Assembly (NCBI GenBank): GCA_029263335.1
Contig: JAJCXS010000038.1
Location: forward strand, 5,823-69,822
Source of the DNA: Acidobacteriota bacterium
GTDB lineage: Bacteria > Acidobacteriota > UBA890 > WLXD01
Reading direction: 5' to 3'
DNA length: 64,000 nucleotides
Shown here: piece after piece, positions 9,939 to 20,798 of the stretch
Position numbering within the stretch: the stretch's first letter is position 1
How the letters are laid out: each line of letters starts with the position of its first letter
Notes under the pieces: generated by a model
What the model was told of the DNA's origin: nothing
The model's input: the letters and a program-made list of their open reading frames with translations, nothing else
Database searches by the model: none
Position numbers and translations under genes: made by a program

Positions 9939-10367
9939 ATGAGGCGAATGCTGGTTCGGGACCTGATGACATCTGACGTTGAAACCGTTCGCCCTGAGAG
10001 TAAGCTCGCCGAGCTTCTCGGCTTGTTGCAGGAGAGCAACATCCGCCACGTGCCGGTCGTCGACGATGATGGCGACTTGGTGGGCCTGGTAACACAGCGC
10101 GACCTGCTACGCCGGTCTCTGGCCGCGCGCGGTGATCTCCCGCTGACGGTGCGCGAAGAGGTGATAACACACCGCACTGTCGACGAGTTCATGACGGCGG
10201 GGGTGATTACCATCGACCCCGACGCTCCGCTCGGCGATGCGGCCGAGCTGATCCTGGACAACAAGGTCGGCTGCTTGCCCGTCGTGGAAGGCCCTCATCT
10301 GGTGGGCATTATCACCGAATCGGACTTCGTCGCGCACGTGCTCGAGACCGTGCGGGCGACTCGCTAG
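9939..10367 (+). CDS. CBS domain-containing protein (one Bateman pair)
   Basis: IRHVPVVDDDGDLVGLVTQRDL and VGCLPVVEGPHLVGIITESDF. RBS GGAGG. Confidence 0.9.
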   Translation: MRRMLVRDLMTSDVETVRPESKLAELLGLLQESNIRHVPVVDDDGDLVGLVTQRDLLRRSLAARGDLPLTVREEVITHRTVDEFMTAGVITIDPDAPLGDAAELILDNKVGCLPVVEGPHLVGIITESDFVAHVLETVRATR

Positions 10368-10386
10368 CAGGGTCCGGCGGTAGTCG

Positions 10387-11034
10387 TTAGCGCAACTTGA
10401 CCGAGATCTCGCCGATACCTAGTTCGATGCGAATCTCGGAATCGCCGTTGCCCTCGGCCCAGGCAATCTCCCGTGTGAAGAGGCCCGCGCTGCTGCTGCG
10501 GCCACGGTGGGTCGAAAGCGAACTTTCGCCGATGCCGGTGTCGAGGCTGACACGCCCGACCATTTCCTCGGAGCTTTCCAGCGAAACCTCGCCGATGCTC
10601 ATGTCGACCTTCACATCGCCGAATAACTGCTTCAGCTCCAGTTCACCAATGCTCATGTCGATGCGGACATCGAGTGCCTCGGGCAGGAGCACGATCATCT
10701 CGACGTGCATGCCGCGGCTGCGCCATTTGCTGAAGCCTTCGATCCACAGCTCGATGCGGTCGTTGCGTTCGCGCGACTCGAGCGAGATGTCTTCGGCGCG
10801 ATCAATACACGCGTCGAGCGACCGACGGCTGGAACATTCGATCACGACCTCGACCATGATGCGCTCGCTGGAGGTTCCCTCGACCTTCAGCTCGCCGATG
10901 GGGAAGTCCACGTAGACCTCCTCGAGCGCTGCCGCGTCGAAGTTCTCCGTCAGCGTGCGGACTTCCTCGGGCGCGGCCGGCGGGCCCATAACGAGCGGCA
11001 GTGCCAGGGTCGCGATGGCGGTCAAGTTGCGCAT
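10387..11034 (-). CDS. Secreted DUF4097/LiaG-like beta-strand-repeat protein
   Basis: Signal peptide MRNLTAIATLALPLVMG; repeated x-D-(M/F/T)-x-I-G-E units (VDFPIGE, IDMSIGE, VDMSIGE, LDTGIGE, IELGIGE). Confidence 0.6.
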   Translation of the reverse strand: MRNLTAIATLALPLVMGPPAAPEEVRTLTENFDAAALEEVYVDFPIGELKVEGTSSERIMVEVVIECSSRRSLDACIDRAEDISLESRERNDRIELWIEGFSKWRSRGMHVEMIVLLPEALDVRIDMSIGELELKQLFGDVKVDMSIGEVSLESSEEMVGRVSLDTGIGESSLSTHRGRSSSAGLFTREIAWAEGNGDSEIRIELGIGEISVKLR

Positions 11035-11079
11035 GAGATCTCCGAGTTTGCGAGGGCCGAGCGGCGGCGCTCTACTTCC

Positions 11080-11108
11080 AATACGCGTGCCGCGACCCCG
11101 GAGTTTCA
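11080..11108 (-). promoter_or_regulatory. Candidate ECF sigma promoter (SigW/SigM-like)
   Basis: Minus strand TGAAACT-N16-CGTATT, about 45 nt upstream of the ATG at 11034. Confidence 0.65.
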
Positions 11109-11151
11109 CCACACCCGACGGATAACCGGGGAGCCTCGGGAGGCGCTGCCC

Positions 11152-13839
11152 TCAGAAGTCGAGTGCGTAGGCCAGGGTGGCGTTGATTCCCAGTCCGTCG
11201 AATCCGGACCCGTGCAGCCGGTAGTTCAGGTCGGTGAAGTTGTTGAGTGCGAAGGTGATGCTCTGGCTGGTGGTGAGCGCGTAGTTGCCGCGGATCCCCA
11301 GGGTGAGCCAACCGGGCGTGGCGGTGAATAGCGCCGCCCCGCTACCTCCGGGACCGAGCACACGCGCGATAACGTCGTCGAGCGTTTCGCCCGTTGCCAG
11401 CAGGATTCCGTTTTCCACGAGGCCCAGACGCGGCCCCTGATTGATGAAGAAATCGCTGATGTCGCCCGCGTCGCGAAAGGCGCCGATACGGGAATCGTCG
11501 AGGTCTGCGGGATTCAAACGACTCTGCCGGGCGGCACCTTTTACCACCCCTTCCAGCCACAGCCGGCCGGAGGCGCCCCGCCAGCGGAGGATCGCGGCGA
11601 GATTGTCCGGGGCGATCTTGCGAGCAAAGAAGCCCGTGTCGAGCTCGGTGCCGCGTTGCATTGATGCCTTCACGGTCGCCAGCCAACGGTCGCCGAACGA
11701 CCTCTGAGCGAGCACTTCGAGACCCCACACGCGCAGCCGGCTGACGTTGATCCGGGATACCACCGCGTTGGGCTCGCCAGCGACGAAGATCCGCCCTTGC
11801 TCGTCCTGCGCAACGATGGTCGCTCCGCCGATCTCTTCGCCGACGACATCTTGTCCGACAATCAAGGTGCGACGGTTGATGTTGTCCCCGAAGTTCGACA
11901 GGAAGCCAGTGAACTCGAAGCGCGTTTCGCGATTGAAGTAGCGAAGCCCGCCCTCGTAGCTCCAGACCTTTTCGGGAGTCAGCGCCTGCCATGGCGCACC
12001 TGCGCTGATGGCAGTAGAACTCGCGGAGTCGCCCACCAGGGCGCCGAAGGCCACGGCTTCGTCCGGCGCTACCTCGAAACCTCCTCCAGTGAGACCGATC
12101 TCGCCAAGATCGAAGATGGACGGAGCACGAAAGCCCCGCGCCACGCGACCCCATACATCCAGCGTGTCCGACAGGGTGTAGTTCGCGCCGAGGTTGAATG
12201 TCAGGTCGGTAAAATTGGCCTCGGTGTCGGGCACCAGCTCCAGGCCGGCGATGACGTTGTCCGCGGCACGCGCGCTGTATGCAAAAGTCGAGAACCGCAC
12301 ACCCCCGGACACGCGGAGCCGCCTGTTGATGGTGGTCCATTCGTCGAGCAGGAAGACACCGAACGACGTGTAGGTGGCGCCGTTCGGAACCCGCGGACGT
12401 ACCGCGTTCGTTACACCGCTGCTGGTTTCCGCGCGCACCGCATCGACCGTGTCGCGATAGACCTCGATGCCGCCCGTTACCAGATGAGTTTCGAGACTCT
12501 TGGAGCCGTTGACCTCGAGACCCCAGACGGTGTCGGAACTTTGCTCGACGCGCAGCGTGCTGGTCGGGCGGCGCTGGTCACGTCGGCCGTCCGTCTGTTG
12601 GTTGAGGGATATCTTGGCCTCGACAAAGGTGTCGGTGAAGAACCGCTCATAGCGGACATAGCCAAAGTTGAGGCGCTGCGGGACGAAGTCGGCGCGTACC
12701 CTGCCATCACCGCCGAGAAGCCGATCGTAGCGGCGCACATCGTTCTGTTGTGAGCTCGTGAAGAAGACGTCGATCGAGCTGCTGAAATCGGTGCGCAGGC
12801 TGCCCTTGGCGACTAGGCCGGTCTGGCCGTAGCCGGTGTCGGCGTAGCGGCTGCCGAACGCGGTGCGTACCTGTTCGTCGGTGAAACCGAGGAATCGGAT
12901 CGTCGCGTGGTGCGAGTCGCGGGCACCGCCGCCGCGAACCTCGCCGTGGCGGGTTGCCGAAGCAGCGAGGAACCCGGCGAGCTTGCCGCTGCTGCCGCCG
13001 ACGGTCGCGTGCAGGCCGCCGCCCACCGAGGCCGACTCGCCAAACGCACGCACGCTACCGCTCATGCGCGAGGTGTTGTCGTTGCTGAACGCGGGCGTGG
13101 GTTTGGTGAGAACGTTGATGGCGCCACCCAGCGCGTCGGAGCCGTAGTTGACTCCCGCGGGTCCGAGCAGTGTCTCGATGGATTCCACGCCAACATCCGG
13201 GATCCAGGCAAGGTACTGGGTGTTACCCGCTCGGTAGGTAGCGTTGTTGTAGCGCACACCATCGATCAGATAGAGCACCGCCTGGGCGCTCTGACCGCGC
13301 AGAATGGGCGACCCCTGACCCGGGGTAGTCTGCTGCGTGAGGATGCCGGGCTCTTCGTCGAGCATGCGTGGCAACAGGTCAACCGCGCGAGCCCGCAACT
13401 GCACCTCGTCGAGGGATCTCACGGTTGCCGGGATCTTGCTCTCGCGCTGTACCGTGCCGCGTGAAGCGGTTACCGTGACGCGCTCCTCGACGCCAATCGG
13501 GTACATCACCATCTCGATGGAGATCGCAGGCGAGCGCACCTCGACAACCTGGTAGACGTCGGTGTAGACATCGCTCAGCACGCGCAGCTCGTAGGTGCCG
13601 TATGGAACCTCATCGAGTACGGCCATGCCTGCCGCATCGCTTTCGGCCTGGCGCATGACCTGGCGGGTCGGGCCGAGAAGCTGCACGATCATCTCAGACA
13701 CGATGTGCCCGTCGCGATTGGTGACGCGAACGGCTACTGTGCCGCTATCAACCGATTGCTCCTGCTGCGCGGCTGTGCGAACCGCTGGCACTAGGGAGAG
13801 GAGCATGACGAGCGCGAACTGGGCAGTCTTGGGGCTCAT
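11152..13839 (-). CDS. TonB-dependent outer-membrane receptor with N-terminal carboxypeptidase-regulatory-like domain
   Basis: Signal peptide, TonB-box-like EERVTVTASR, plug motifs PILRG...LYLIDGVR and YGSDALGGAIN, and C-terminal NFTDLNY...LAYALDF ending in Phe. Confidence 0.9.
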   Translation of the reverse strand: MSPKTAQFALVMLLSLVPAVRTAAQQEQSVDSGTVAVRVTNRDGHIVSEMIVQLLGPTRQVMRQAESDAAGMAVLDEVPYGTYELRVLSDVYTDVYQVVEVRSPAISIEMVMYPIGVEERVTVTASRGTVQRESKIPATVRSLDEVQLRARAVDLLPRMLDEEPGILTQQTTPGQGSPILRGQSAQAVLYLIDGVRYNNATYRAGNTQYLAWIPDVGVESIETLLGPAGVNYGSDALGGAINVLTKPTPAFSNDNTSRMSGSVRAFGESASVGGGLHATVGGSSGKLAGFLAASATRHGEVRGGGARDSHHATIRFLGFTDEQVRTAFGSRYADTGYGQTGLVAKGSLRTDFSSSIDVFFTSSQQNDVRRYDRLLGGDGRVRADFVPQRLNFGYVRYERFFTDTFVEAKISLNQQTDGRRDQRRPTSTLRVEQSSDTVWGLEVNGSKSLETHLVTGGIEVYRDTVDAVRAETSSGVTNAVRPRVPNGATYTSFGVFLLDEWTTINRRLRVSGGVRFSTFAYSARAADNVIAGLELVPDTEANFTDLTFNLGANYTLSDTLDVWGRVARGFRAPSIFDLGEIGLTGGGFEVAPDEAVAFGALVGDSASSTAISAGAPWQALTPEKVWSYEGGLRYFNRETRFEFTGFLSNFGDNINRRTLIVGQDVVGEEIGGATIVAQDEQGRIFVAGEPNAVVSRINVSRLRVWGLEVLAQRSFGDRWLATVKASMQRGTELDTGFFARKIAPDNLAAILRWRGASGRLWLEGVVKGAARQSRLNPADLDDSRIGAFRDAGDISDFFINQGPRLGLVENGILLATGETLDDVIARVLGPGGSGAALFTATPGWLTLGIRGNYALTTSQSITFALNNFTDLNYRLHGSGFDGLGINATLAYALDF

Positions 13840-14015
13840 TGCAGCCAGCGAATGCAGAGTCAGCGGAAGTTGGAATGCCGGTTGGTGGGGCGCCGCCGGC
13901 GCGTCGACCGACGGTAGGGCCAACGCGTACACCTACAAAGCTAACATTTGGGCGCTGCGGCGGCGATGCCAAGAATGCCGGAGCAGCAGGACCTTTCTCA
14001 TCGGGAGTATGGAGA

Positions 14016-14942
14016 ATGACGAACAGAGGATTGCGCGCAGGCGGACGGCACCTGGTGCTGAGCTTGATGGCGTTGTTGCAGGTGTCCGCGGTCTCGGCGG
14101 TGCCGCAGGAGGGCCCCAAGATCTACATATCGGCCGATTTGGAGGGCGTGACCGGGGTTGTGACCGGCGAGCAACTTGGCCCGGGCGGTTTCGAGTACGA
14201 GCGCTTTCGCCGCTTCATGACCGAGGAGGTGCTGGCTGCAATCGAAGGTGCGCGTGCCGCGGGGGCCGGCGAGATCCTGGTGTCGGATTCGCACGGCAAC
14301 GGCCAGAACCTGGTGCTCGAGATGCTGCCCGACGACATCAAGGTCGTGCGCTCATGGCCGCGCGAACTGACGATGATGCACGGGTTGGACGCGAGCTTCG
14401 ACGGTGCCATCTTCATCGGCTACCACGCGGGCACCACCAATCTCGAAGGCGTGCGTGCGCACACGATGTCCAGCGCGTCGCTGACGGATGTGAGAATCAA
14501 CGACCGGTCGTCCAACGAGACGATCTGGAACGCCGCGGTGGCCGGAACCATGGGCGTGCCGGTGATCGCGATCTCTGGCGACGACGCCACCATCGCCGAG
14601 GCCCGGGCAACGCTCGGCACCGGCTTCGAGGCGGCCGTCGTGAAATGGGCTCACTCGTTCCATTCCGCCACGACGGTCACGCCGGCGCGCGGCCAACGGT
14701 TGATTCGTGCGGCGGCGGAGAAGGCTGTGCGCAGTCTTTCCGCGGTGGAGCCGTACGTGGTGAGCACGCCCGTCCGTATCACCGTGCGTTTCAAGAACTA
14801 CCAGCCGAGCATGATGCTGGCCTACTTGCCATGGTTCGACAGGGTCGACGCCCACGCGATCGAGTATGACGCCGACGACATGGTCGCGGCCGCTTCGATA
14901 CTGACTTTCCTGCGCAACTACCGTCCCGACATCACGCCGTGA
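14016..14942 (+). CDS. dppA: D-aminopeptidase DppA family (M55), with signal peptide
   Basis: KIYISADLEG, DSHG, FIGYHA, AHT and NE zinc/catalytic motifs. N-terminal Sec-type signal; RBS GGAG. Confidence 0.85.
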   Translation: MTNRGLRAGGRHLVLSLMALLQVSAVSAVPQEGPKIYISADLEGVTGVVTGEQLGPGGFEYERFRRFMTEEVLAAIEGARAAGAGEILVSDSHGNGQNLVLEMLPDDIKVVRSWPRELTMMHGLDASFDGAIFIGYHAGTTNLEGVRAHTMSSASLTDVRINDRSSNETIWNAAVAGTMGVPVIAISGDDATIAEARATLGTGFEAAVVKWAHSFHSATTVTPARGQRLIRAAAEKAVRSLSAVEPYVVSTPVRITVRFKNYQPSMMLAYLPWFDRVDAHAIEYDADDMVAAASILTFLRNYRPDITP

Positions 14943-14966
14943 GGCTGTCGGTCAGCCGGCGGGCGA

Positions 14967-17342
14967 TCAACATTCGACGTAGCCGAGGGCGCACAGCTGC
15001 GAGCGCAGCTCGGGGTCGATCTCGGCATCGGGGTCGGAGGCTTCGGCACCGGCGTTGAGCCTCCAGTTGGCCTGTTCCTGCAGAAAGAGCGCCTGCAACA
15101 GCCGCTGCGCCATCACCGGGTGGTCGACGACGATGTCGCGAGTCTCGCCGGGGTCGGCGGCAAGGTCGTAGAGTTCCACCCGGCCGTTCACCTTGTCGTG
15201 GATAACCTTGTACGGGTGCTCGATGAGGCTGCCCATGGGTTTGAGCGGTTCGTAGTCGTCGAGACCGTTGGCCACGCCCACCGTCGACGCGTAGACCGGC
15301 CGCGTCGGAAAAAAGCCGTCAAAGACGAGGGGCAGCAGGCTCTCTCCCTGGTGTCCTGGATCGTCGCCCTGGAATCCGATCGCATCCACGATGGTCGGCG
15401 CGATGTCGATGTTGGAGACCGCGCGATCGACAGAGCGCAGGAACGAAGTCGCACGGTTCGGCCATTTGATCACCAGCGGAATGTGCAACAGCTCGTTGTA
15501 GAGGGGCCACGTATGCAGGAAGGTGCCGTGGTCGTAGAACGCCTCTCCGTGATCGGACAGCACCATCAGCAGCGTGTTGTCATAGCGCCCGGCACGCTTG
15601 AGGCCTTCGACCACGCGCCGTACCAGTTCGTCGGCGTAGCGCACGTTGTCCTGATATCTCGCCGCTACATAACGGATGTCGTCGTCCGAGGGCGGGCTGT
15701 CGCCGACGCTGTGCGAGAAACTCTGCAGGTTTCTGGCATCCAGATCGAAGTCGGTTGAGAAATCCCGCATCATCGAGTTGGCCCACGGTGGCGGGGCTCC
15801 CACTCCCCTGGCTTCGTTCCACAGATAGGGGTCATGCGGCGGGATCAGATGAATTAGCGCGAATGTGGGTTTGTCGGGCCGGAAGATGTCGGGCCGGCTC
15901 AGTTGCGCCCGCATTGCCACGCGCTCACGGGGGCGCATGTCGATGTACTGGTCGACGTCATAGCGAAGCGCCTTCGTCGCTCGGTACAACGGGTGCTCGC
16001 TCCACAGCACGGTGTGGTAGCCGGCGGCGTAGGTGAGCTGGAAGAGCGACCGCAGGTCGCGCGGCGGCACATCGCGCCACGCCGCCACACCGTGGGCCTC
16101 CGGATAGCGGCCCGAGAGCAGCGAGTACATCGACTCGTTCGTCCACGGGGCCGCCGCGTAGGCGTGTTCGAAGCGTGTGCCCTCGCTGGCCAGCGCGTCG
16201 ATGGCCGGGGTCGGCACGACTCCCCGGTAGGTGGACATGAAGTCCGCGCGAGCCGCATCGAGCACGATGAGCACGATGTCGGGCTGGCCAAGTATCCCTG
16301 ACTTTCTGTTCACCGGCAGAGCTGGCGGCTCGAGTGCCTGGCGGTCGAATTCATGGTCCGGATCGCTGACGCCAAGGCCGTTCCAGACAACGGCGGTGCC
16401 ACGCGACCCGACGGTGCGCAAACGCAGGACAACCTCCTGCCCCGCGTATGAGCTCAGATCGGCGCTCAGGCGCCCGTTGCTGCCACGGCCCAGTTCGTGC
16501 GAGGCCTCGTTTGTGAGCACCTCGGCGATCCATTCGATGTTGCCTCCGGTTTCCGGCGCCGTGGCCGTGCCGTTGCCGACCAGGTGCGCGTCGCTCGGTA
16601 CGGTCAACGCGAGCTGGAGGATGCTGTCGGCTTCGACCACGAGCTGAAGGGGGCCGTCGACCTCCGCGGGTTCGAGGACGGCTGGGACCCAGGGATTGCC
16701 GGCTCGAACAGCAGGAGTCGTCGCCGGCAGCGGTTGATCGTGCGCCAGCAGAAGGTCGGGGTCGGTTTCGTCCCCCAACTCACGGTCGCTCCCCACCGCG
16801 ACCAGCTGGATAAAGCGGAAGCGCGCCGCCAGGGGCCGGTGATCGTCGGCGTCGCGGCCGCCCAGGTCGCTGGGCCGGATCACGTGACGGAAGCTGAACC
16901 GCACCTGGTTATAGCCGACCACCAACTCGTCGCTGGTGAGTCGCATGCGCCGCCGTGACCAGGCGTGGGTCAGTGTGACGGGCTCGCCCACCGGCGTGCC
17001 GTTGATACGGACACCGAGAAGCTGCTCGGGCATGCCGTCCGGCAGCATCGCATCGAACACCAGCTCGTGGACGCCGTCGCGAACGGCGATCAGATTGAAG
17101 TCTGCCTCCACACCCACTGCCCAGAACCCGCCGGCGAGGGGGGTGTCAGCGTCGGCCGACCAGCCCTTGCCGAGCGCCGAGAGCGAGTCCGGGGCAGCGC
17201 GGCTGATGAGGTCAGTGCCACGAAACGTTCGGGCAACCTTGCTCAGCTCCGCCCACGGAATGTCATCCTGTGGAGGAGCAGTGCAAGCGGCCAGAGCGCC
17301 AGCGAGCGTAAGCGCAAGGGCGACGTGAGATGAGCGCACCAT
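14967..17342 (-). CDS. Sulfatase/alkaline-phosphatase-superfamily lipoprotein with large N-terminal non-catalytic region
   Basis: Lipobox LAAC; LIVLDAARAD, APWTNES, PHDPY, SDHGE and LHIPL motifs. Confidence 0.8.
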   Translation of the reverse strand: MVRSSHVALALTLAGALAACTAPPQDDIPWAELSKVARTFRGTDLISRAAPDSLSALGKGWSADADTPLAGGFWAVGVEADFNLIAVRDGVHELVFDAMLPDGMPEQLLGVRINGTPVGEPVTLTHAWSRRRMRLTSDELVVGYNQVRFSFRHVIRPSDLGGRDADDHRPLAARFRFIQLVAVGSDRELGDETDPDLLLAHDQPLPATTPAVRAGNPWVPAVLEPAEVDGPLQLVVEADSILQLALTVPSDAHLVGNGTATAPETGGNIEWIAEVLTNEASHELGRGSNGRLSADLSSYAGQEVVLRLRTVGSRGTAVVWNGLGVSDPDHEFDRQALEPPALPVNRKSGILGQPDIVLIVLDAARADFMSTYRGVVPTPAIDALASEGTRFEHAYAAAPWTNESMYSLLSGRYPEAHGVAAWRDVPPRDLRSLFQLTYAAGYHTVLWSEHPLYRATKALRYDVDQYIDMRPRERVAMRAQLSRPDIFRPDKPTFALIHLIPPHDPYLWNEARGVGAPPPWANSMMRDFSTDFDLDARNLQSFSHSVGDSPPSDDDIRYVAARYQDNVRYADELVRRVVEGLKRAGRYDNTLLMVLSDHGEAFYDHGTFLHTWPLYNELLHIPLVIKWPNRATSFLRSVDRAVSNIDIAPTIVDAIGFQGDDPGHQGESLLPLVFDGFFPTRPVYASTVGVANGLDDYEPLKPMGSLIEHPYKVIHDKVNGRVELYDLAADPGETRDIVVDHPVMAQRLLQALFLQEQANWRLNAGAEASDPDAEIDPELRSQLCALGYVEC

Positions 17343-17549
17343 GGGCAGTCGGAACCTGTCTGGAGAAGGAACGAGGCACGGGAAAATGTGCCCCATTCGG
17401 CAGCGACCTGCAAACGCGATGCGGGTGACAGCGCGTGCGGGGCGACCCGTAGGAATGACCGGTCAGGCAGCGGTGATGACGTGATCAGGGGCGGACGCCT
17501 CGTTATGCTAGGGTAACGATTCTTTGTCGGTCCCTGTCCCGGAAGTCCT

Positions 17550-18862
17550 ATGTCCGTGCGACCTTCAGTGACCCCCTTGCTTCGCGCGCTGCAGGCGCGC
17601 GTGCGTAGCAATGTGCTGAGACAAGAGCTGGTCGATGTGCTGATGATCATCAGTGCGAGCGGACTGTTATTGGCGGGCTGGAACGCCACCATGCCGCTCT
17701 CCATGGGAGTGCATTGGGCGTGGTTGCTGCCGATCATTGCCATGGCTGGTGTGCGAGCGGCGACCCGTTTGCGAGTGGCTATCCCGCTGTGGAAGGCGGC
17801 GCGCAGCGCCGACGAGCACGACGCTCTTCAAGACGAAATCATCTCCGCCTACTGGTTCGAGCGGCATCCGCACGAGGACGGCACCTGGGTAGACCTGCAC
17901 GTGTCACGCGCCCAGCACACGGCGTCGGGCCTCGACCCGCAGCGAATCGTGCCCACAAAGAAGCCGAACCGCATGGGCGCGGCGGCAGGCTGCCTGCTGG
18001 GAGCCGTGGCCCTGGTACTGCTGCCGGTACCGCGGGTGTTCGAGCCCATGGTGGACCGCCTGGGCGAGCTGGCGGCCGAGTTCGCCCAGCCCGACAGCGA
18101 CGAACTGCTGGCCGAGTTGCAGGAAACGACGGAGCGCGAAGAGGACCCACTGGACGAGCTCGATCGCCAGGATCGGCTGATGCTGCCGGAGCCGGACGAA
18201 CAGGAATCGGGTGGCCAGAACGCTCTGGAGGAGCAAGAGCCCGCAGGCGAGGGCGAGGAGCCGCCGGAGGACCCCGAGGGGTCCTTCATGGAGGCCGAAG
18301 AGGGCGACGAGGGGGAGCAGGAAGGCGAGCCTCAGGAGATGCAGGTGGACAACCCCGAGGAGTTGCCTGAATCGGAGGGCGAACAGGAGCCCGATCCTAA
18401 CGAGAGTCAGCAGGATGGCCAGGGCGAGTCCACCGAAGAGAGCGGGCAGACGCTGCCTGCCGGCGAAGAAGTTTTCTTGCAGCAAGGCGGCGAAGAAATC
18501 GAACAGATGGAGCTCGGCGAGGAAGAAGTCGGGCATGCGACGCGTGAGGGTGGCGAGGAACTCGAACTCGAGTTGGGCGAACTCGAGACGTTGGAAGTAC
18601 AACTTCAGCGCGAGCTTCTGGCTGCCGAGGACCTCCCAGAGGATCCCGAGGACCCGGCGGAGGAGGAGAAGGAGGAGCTGGTCACCAAGGCCGAGGACTC
18701 TCGCATCGATTTTCGCGAGGTGAGTCGACCCAACGAGGCAGCGCTCCAGGACCTTCTGCAATCCGAGTCGGTGCCGTGGGAGTACCGACAGATCGTGCTG
18801 GCTTACTTCAAGGCCCTGCGCGAACGCGATAACCAGAAAGACGAAGAAGAAGGCAAACGCCC

Positions 18863-18866
<4 letters not shown>
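17550..18866 (+). CDS. Membrane-anchored hypothetical protein with long Glu/Asp-rich region; first gene of MoxR operon
   Basis: N-terminal hydrophobic helices and an acidic low-complexity C-terminal half. The stop overlaps the moxR start (ATGA). Confidence 0.65.
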
Positions 18867-19858
<992 letters not shown>

Positions 19859-19885
19859 CGCAGACGGGGTGACGGGGAGAAGAGG

Positions 19886-20791
19886 ATGAGTACTGCCGCC
19901 AACCTGTCGGCGGACGGCCGCGGGGCCGGACCTTTCGACGAGGAGTTCCTACGTAAGTTGGAACTCCTGAGCGTGGTTTCCAAGCGCCTGCTCGCCGGGC
20001 AGTTCAAGGCGGAGCGTCGCGCCAAGAAGGTGGGCTCCGGCATCGAGTTCGCCGACTACCGCGGCTACGTCCCGGGCGACGATTTTCGCGCCGTGGATTG
20101 GCGCGCCTATATGCGGCTGAATCGCCTGATATTGCGTCTGTTCGAGGAAGAGACCGATCTTCCCGTCTATATCTTCGTCGACGCCAGCAAATCGATGGGA
20201 AAGCGCAAGCTCGACTACGCCAAGCGGGTAGCTGCGGCGTTGGCCTACGTCGGGCTGTCGAATCTCGACAAGGTGCACATGATCGTGTACGCCGACGGCA
20301 TCATCGAGGAGCTGCCGGCGCAGCGGACCAAGAGCCAGATCTTCAACATCTTTCGCTTCCTCAATAGCGCGGAGCCGAGCCACGAGACCAACGCGGGTCG
20401 AGCGTTCCATCGCTTCTTCGGTGCCAGCAGACGCCGAGGCATCGTGGTCGTAGTATCGGATTTCTTCGATCCCAACGGGGTCGGACACGCCTTCGATGTC
20501 GTTCGCTACCAGCGGCAGGACCTGCTGGCGGTGCATGTCGTTACGCCGGAGGACAGCGCACCGCCGTTGAACGGTGAGATCACCCTGGTCGACAAGGAGA
20601 CCGACTGGAACCAGGACATCACGATCACGCCGAGCCTCCTGAGTGCCTACGAGGAGGTGTTCGAGGAGTACTGCGACGAGATCGAGCGCTACTGCACGCT
20701 CTACGGTTTCGGCTACATGCGCACGCACACCGATTTCCCCTTCGAGGATCTCATCATGCAGGTGATGCGCTCAGGGCGGTTCCTGTCGTGA
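19886..20791 (+). CDS. DUF58 domain protein (vWA-like)
   Basis: GIEFADYRGYVPGDDFRAVDW, IFVDASKSM and VVVSDF; position directly after moxR. Confidence 0.9.
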   Translation: MSTAANLSADGRGAGPFDEEFLRKLELLSVVSKRLLAGQFKAERRAKKVGSGIEFADYRGYVPGDDFRAVDWRAYMRLNRLILRLFEEETDLPVYIFVDASKSMGKRKLDYAKRVAAALAYVGLSNLDKVHMIVYADGIIEELPAQRTKSQIFNIFRFLNSAEPSHETNAGRAFHRFFGASRRRGIVVVVSDFFDPNGVGHAFDVVRYQRQDLLAVHVVTPEDSAPPLNGEITLVDKETDWNQDITITPSLLSAYEEVFEEYCDEIERYCTLYGFGYMRTHTDFPFEDLIMQVMRSGRFLS

Positions 20792-20798
20792 GGGCGCG

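Noticed and set aside
13840-14015. Cobalamin or other riboswitch upstream of the TonB-dependent receptor
   Set aside because: No B12-box or other recognisable aptamer core on either strand by eye. An Infernal/Rfam scan would be needed to exclude it fully.
14967-17342. Calling the lipoprotein an arylsulfatase
   Set aside because: It lacks the (C/S)-x-P-x-R formylglycine motif.
17343-17549. c-di-GMP riboswitch or sRNA in the 207-bp divergent gap
   Set aside because: Only short GC hairpins are present; the conserved aptamer elements are not in the right order.
18100-18720. Tandem DNA repeat or microsatellite in the GAG/GAA-rich stretch
   Set aside because: It is explained by Glu-rich coding sequence; there is no fixed repeat unit.
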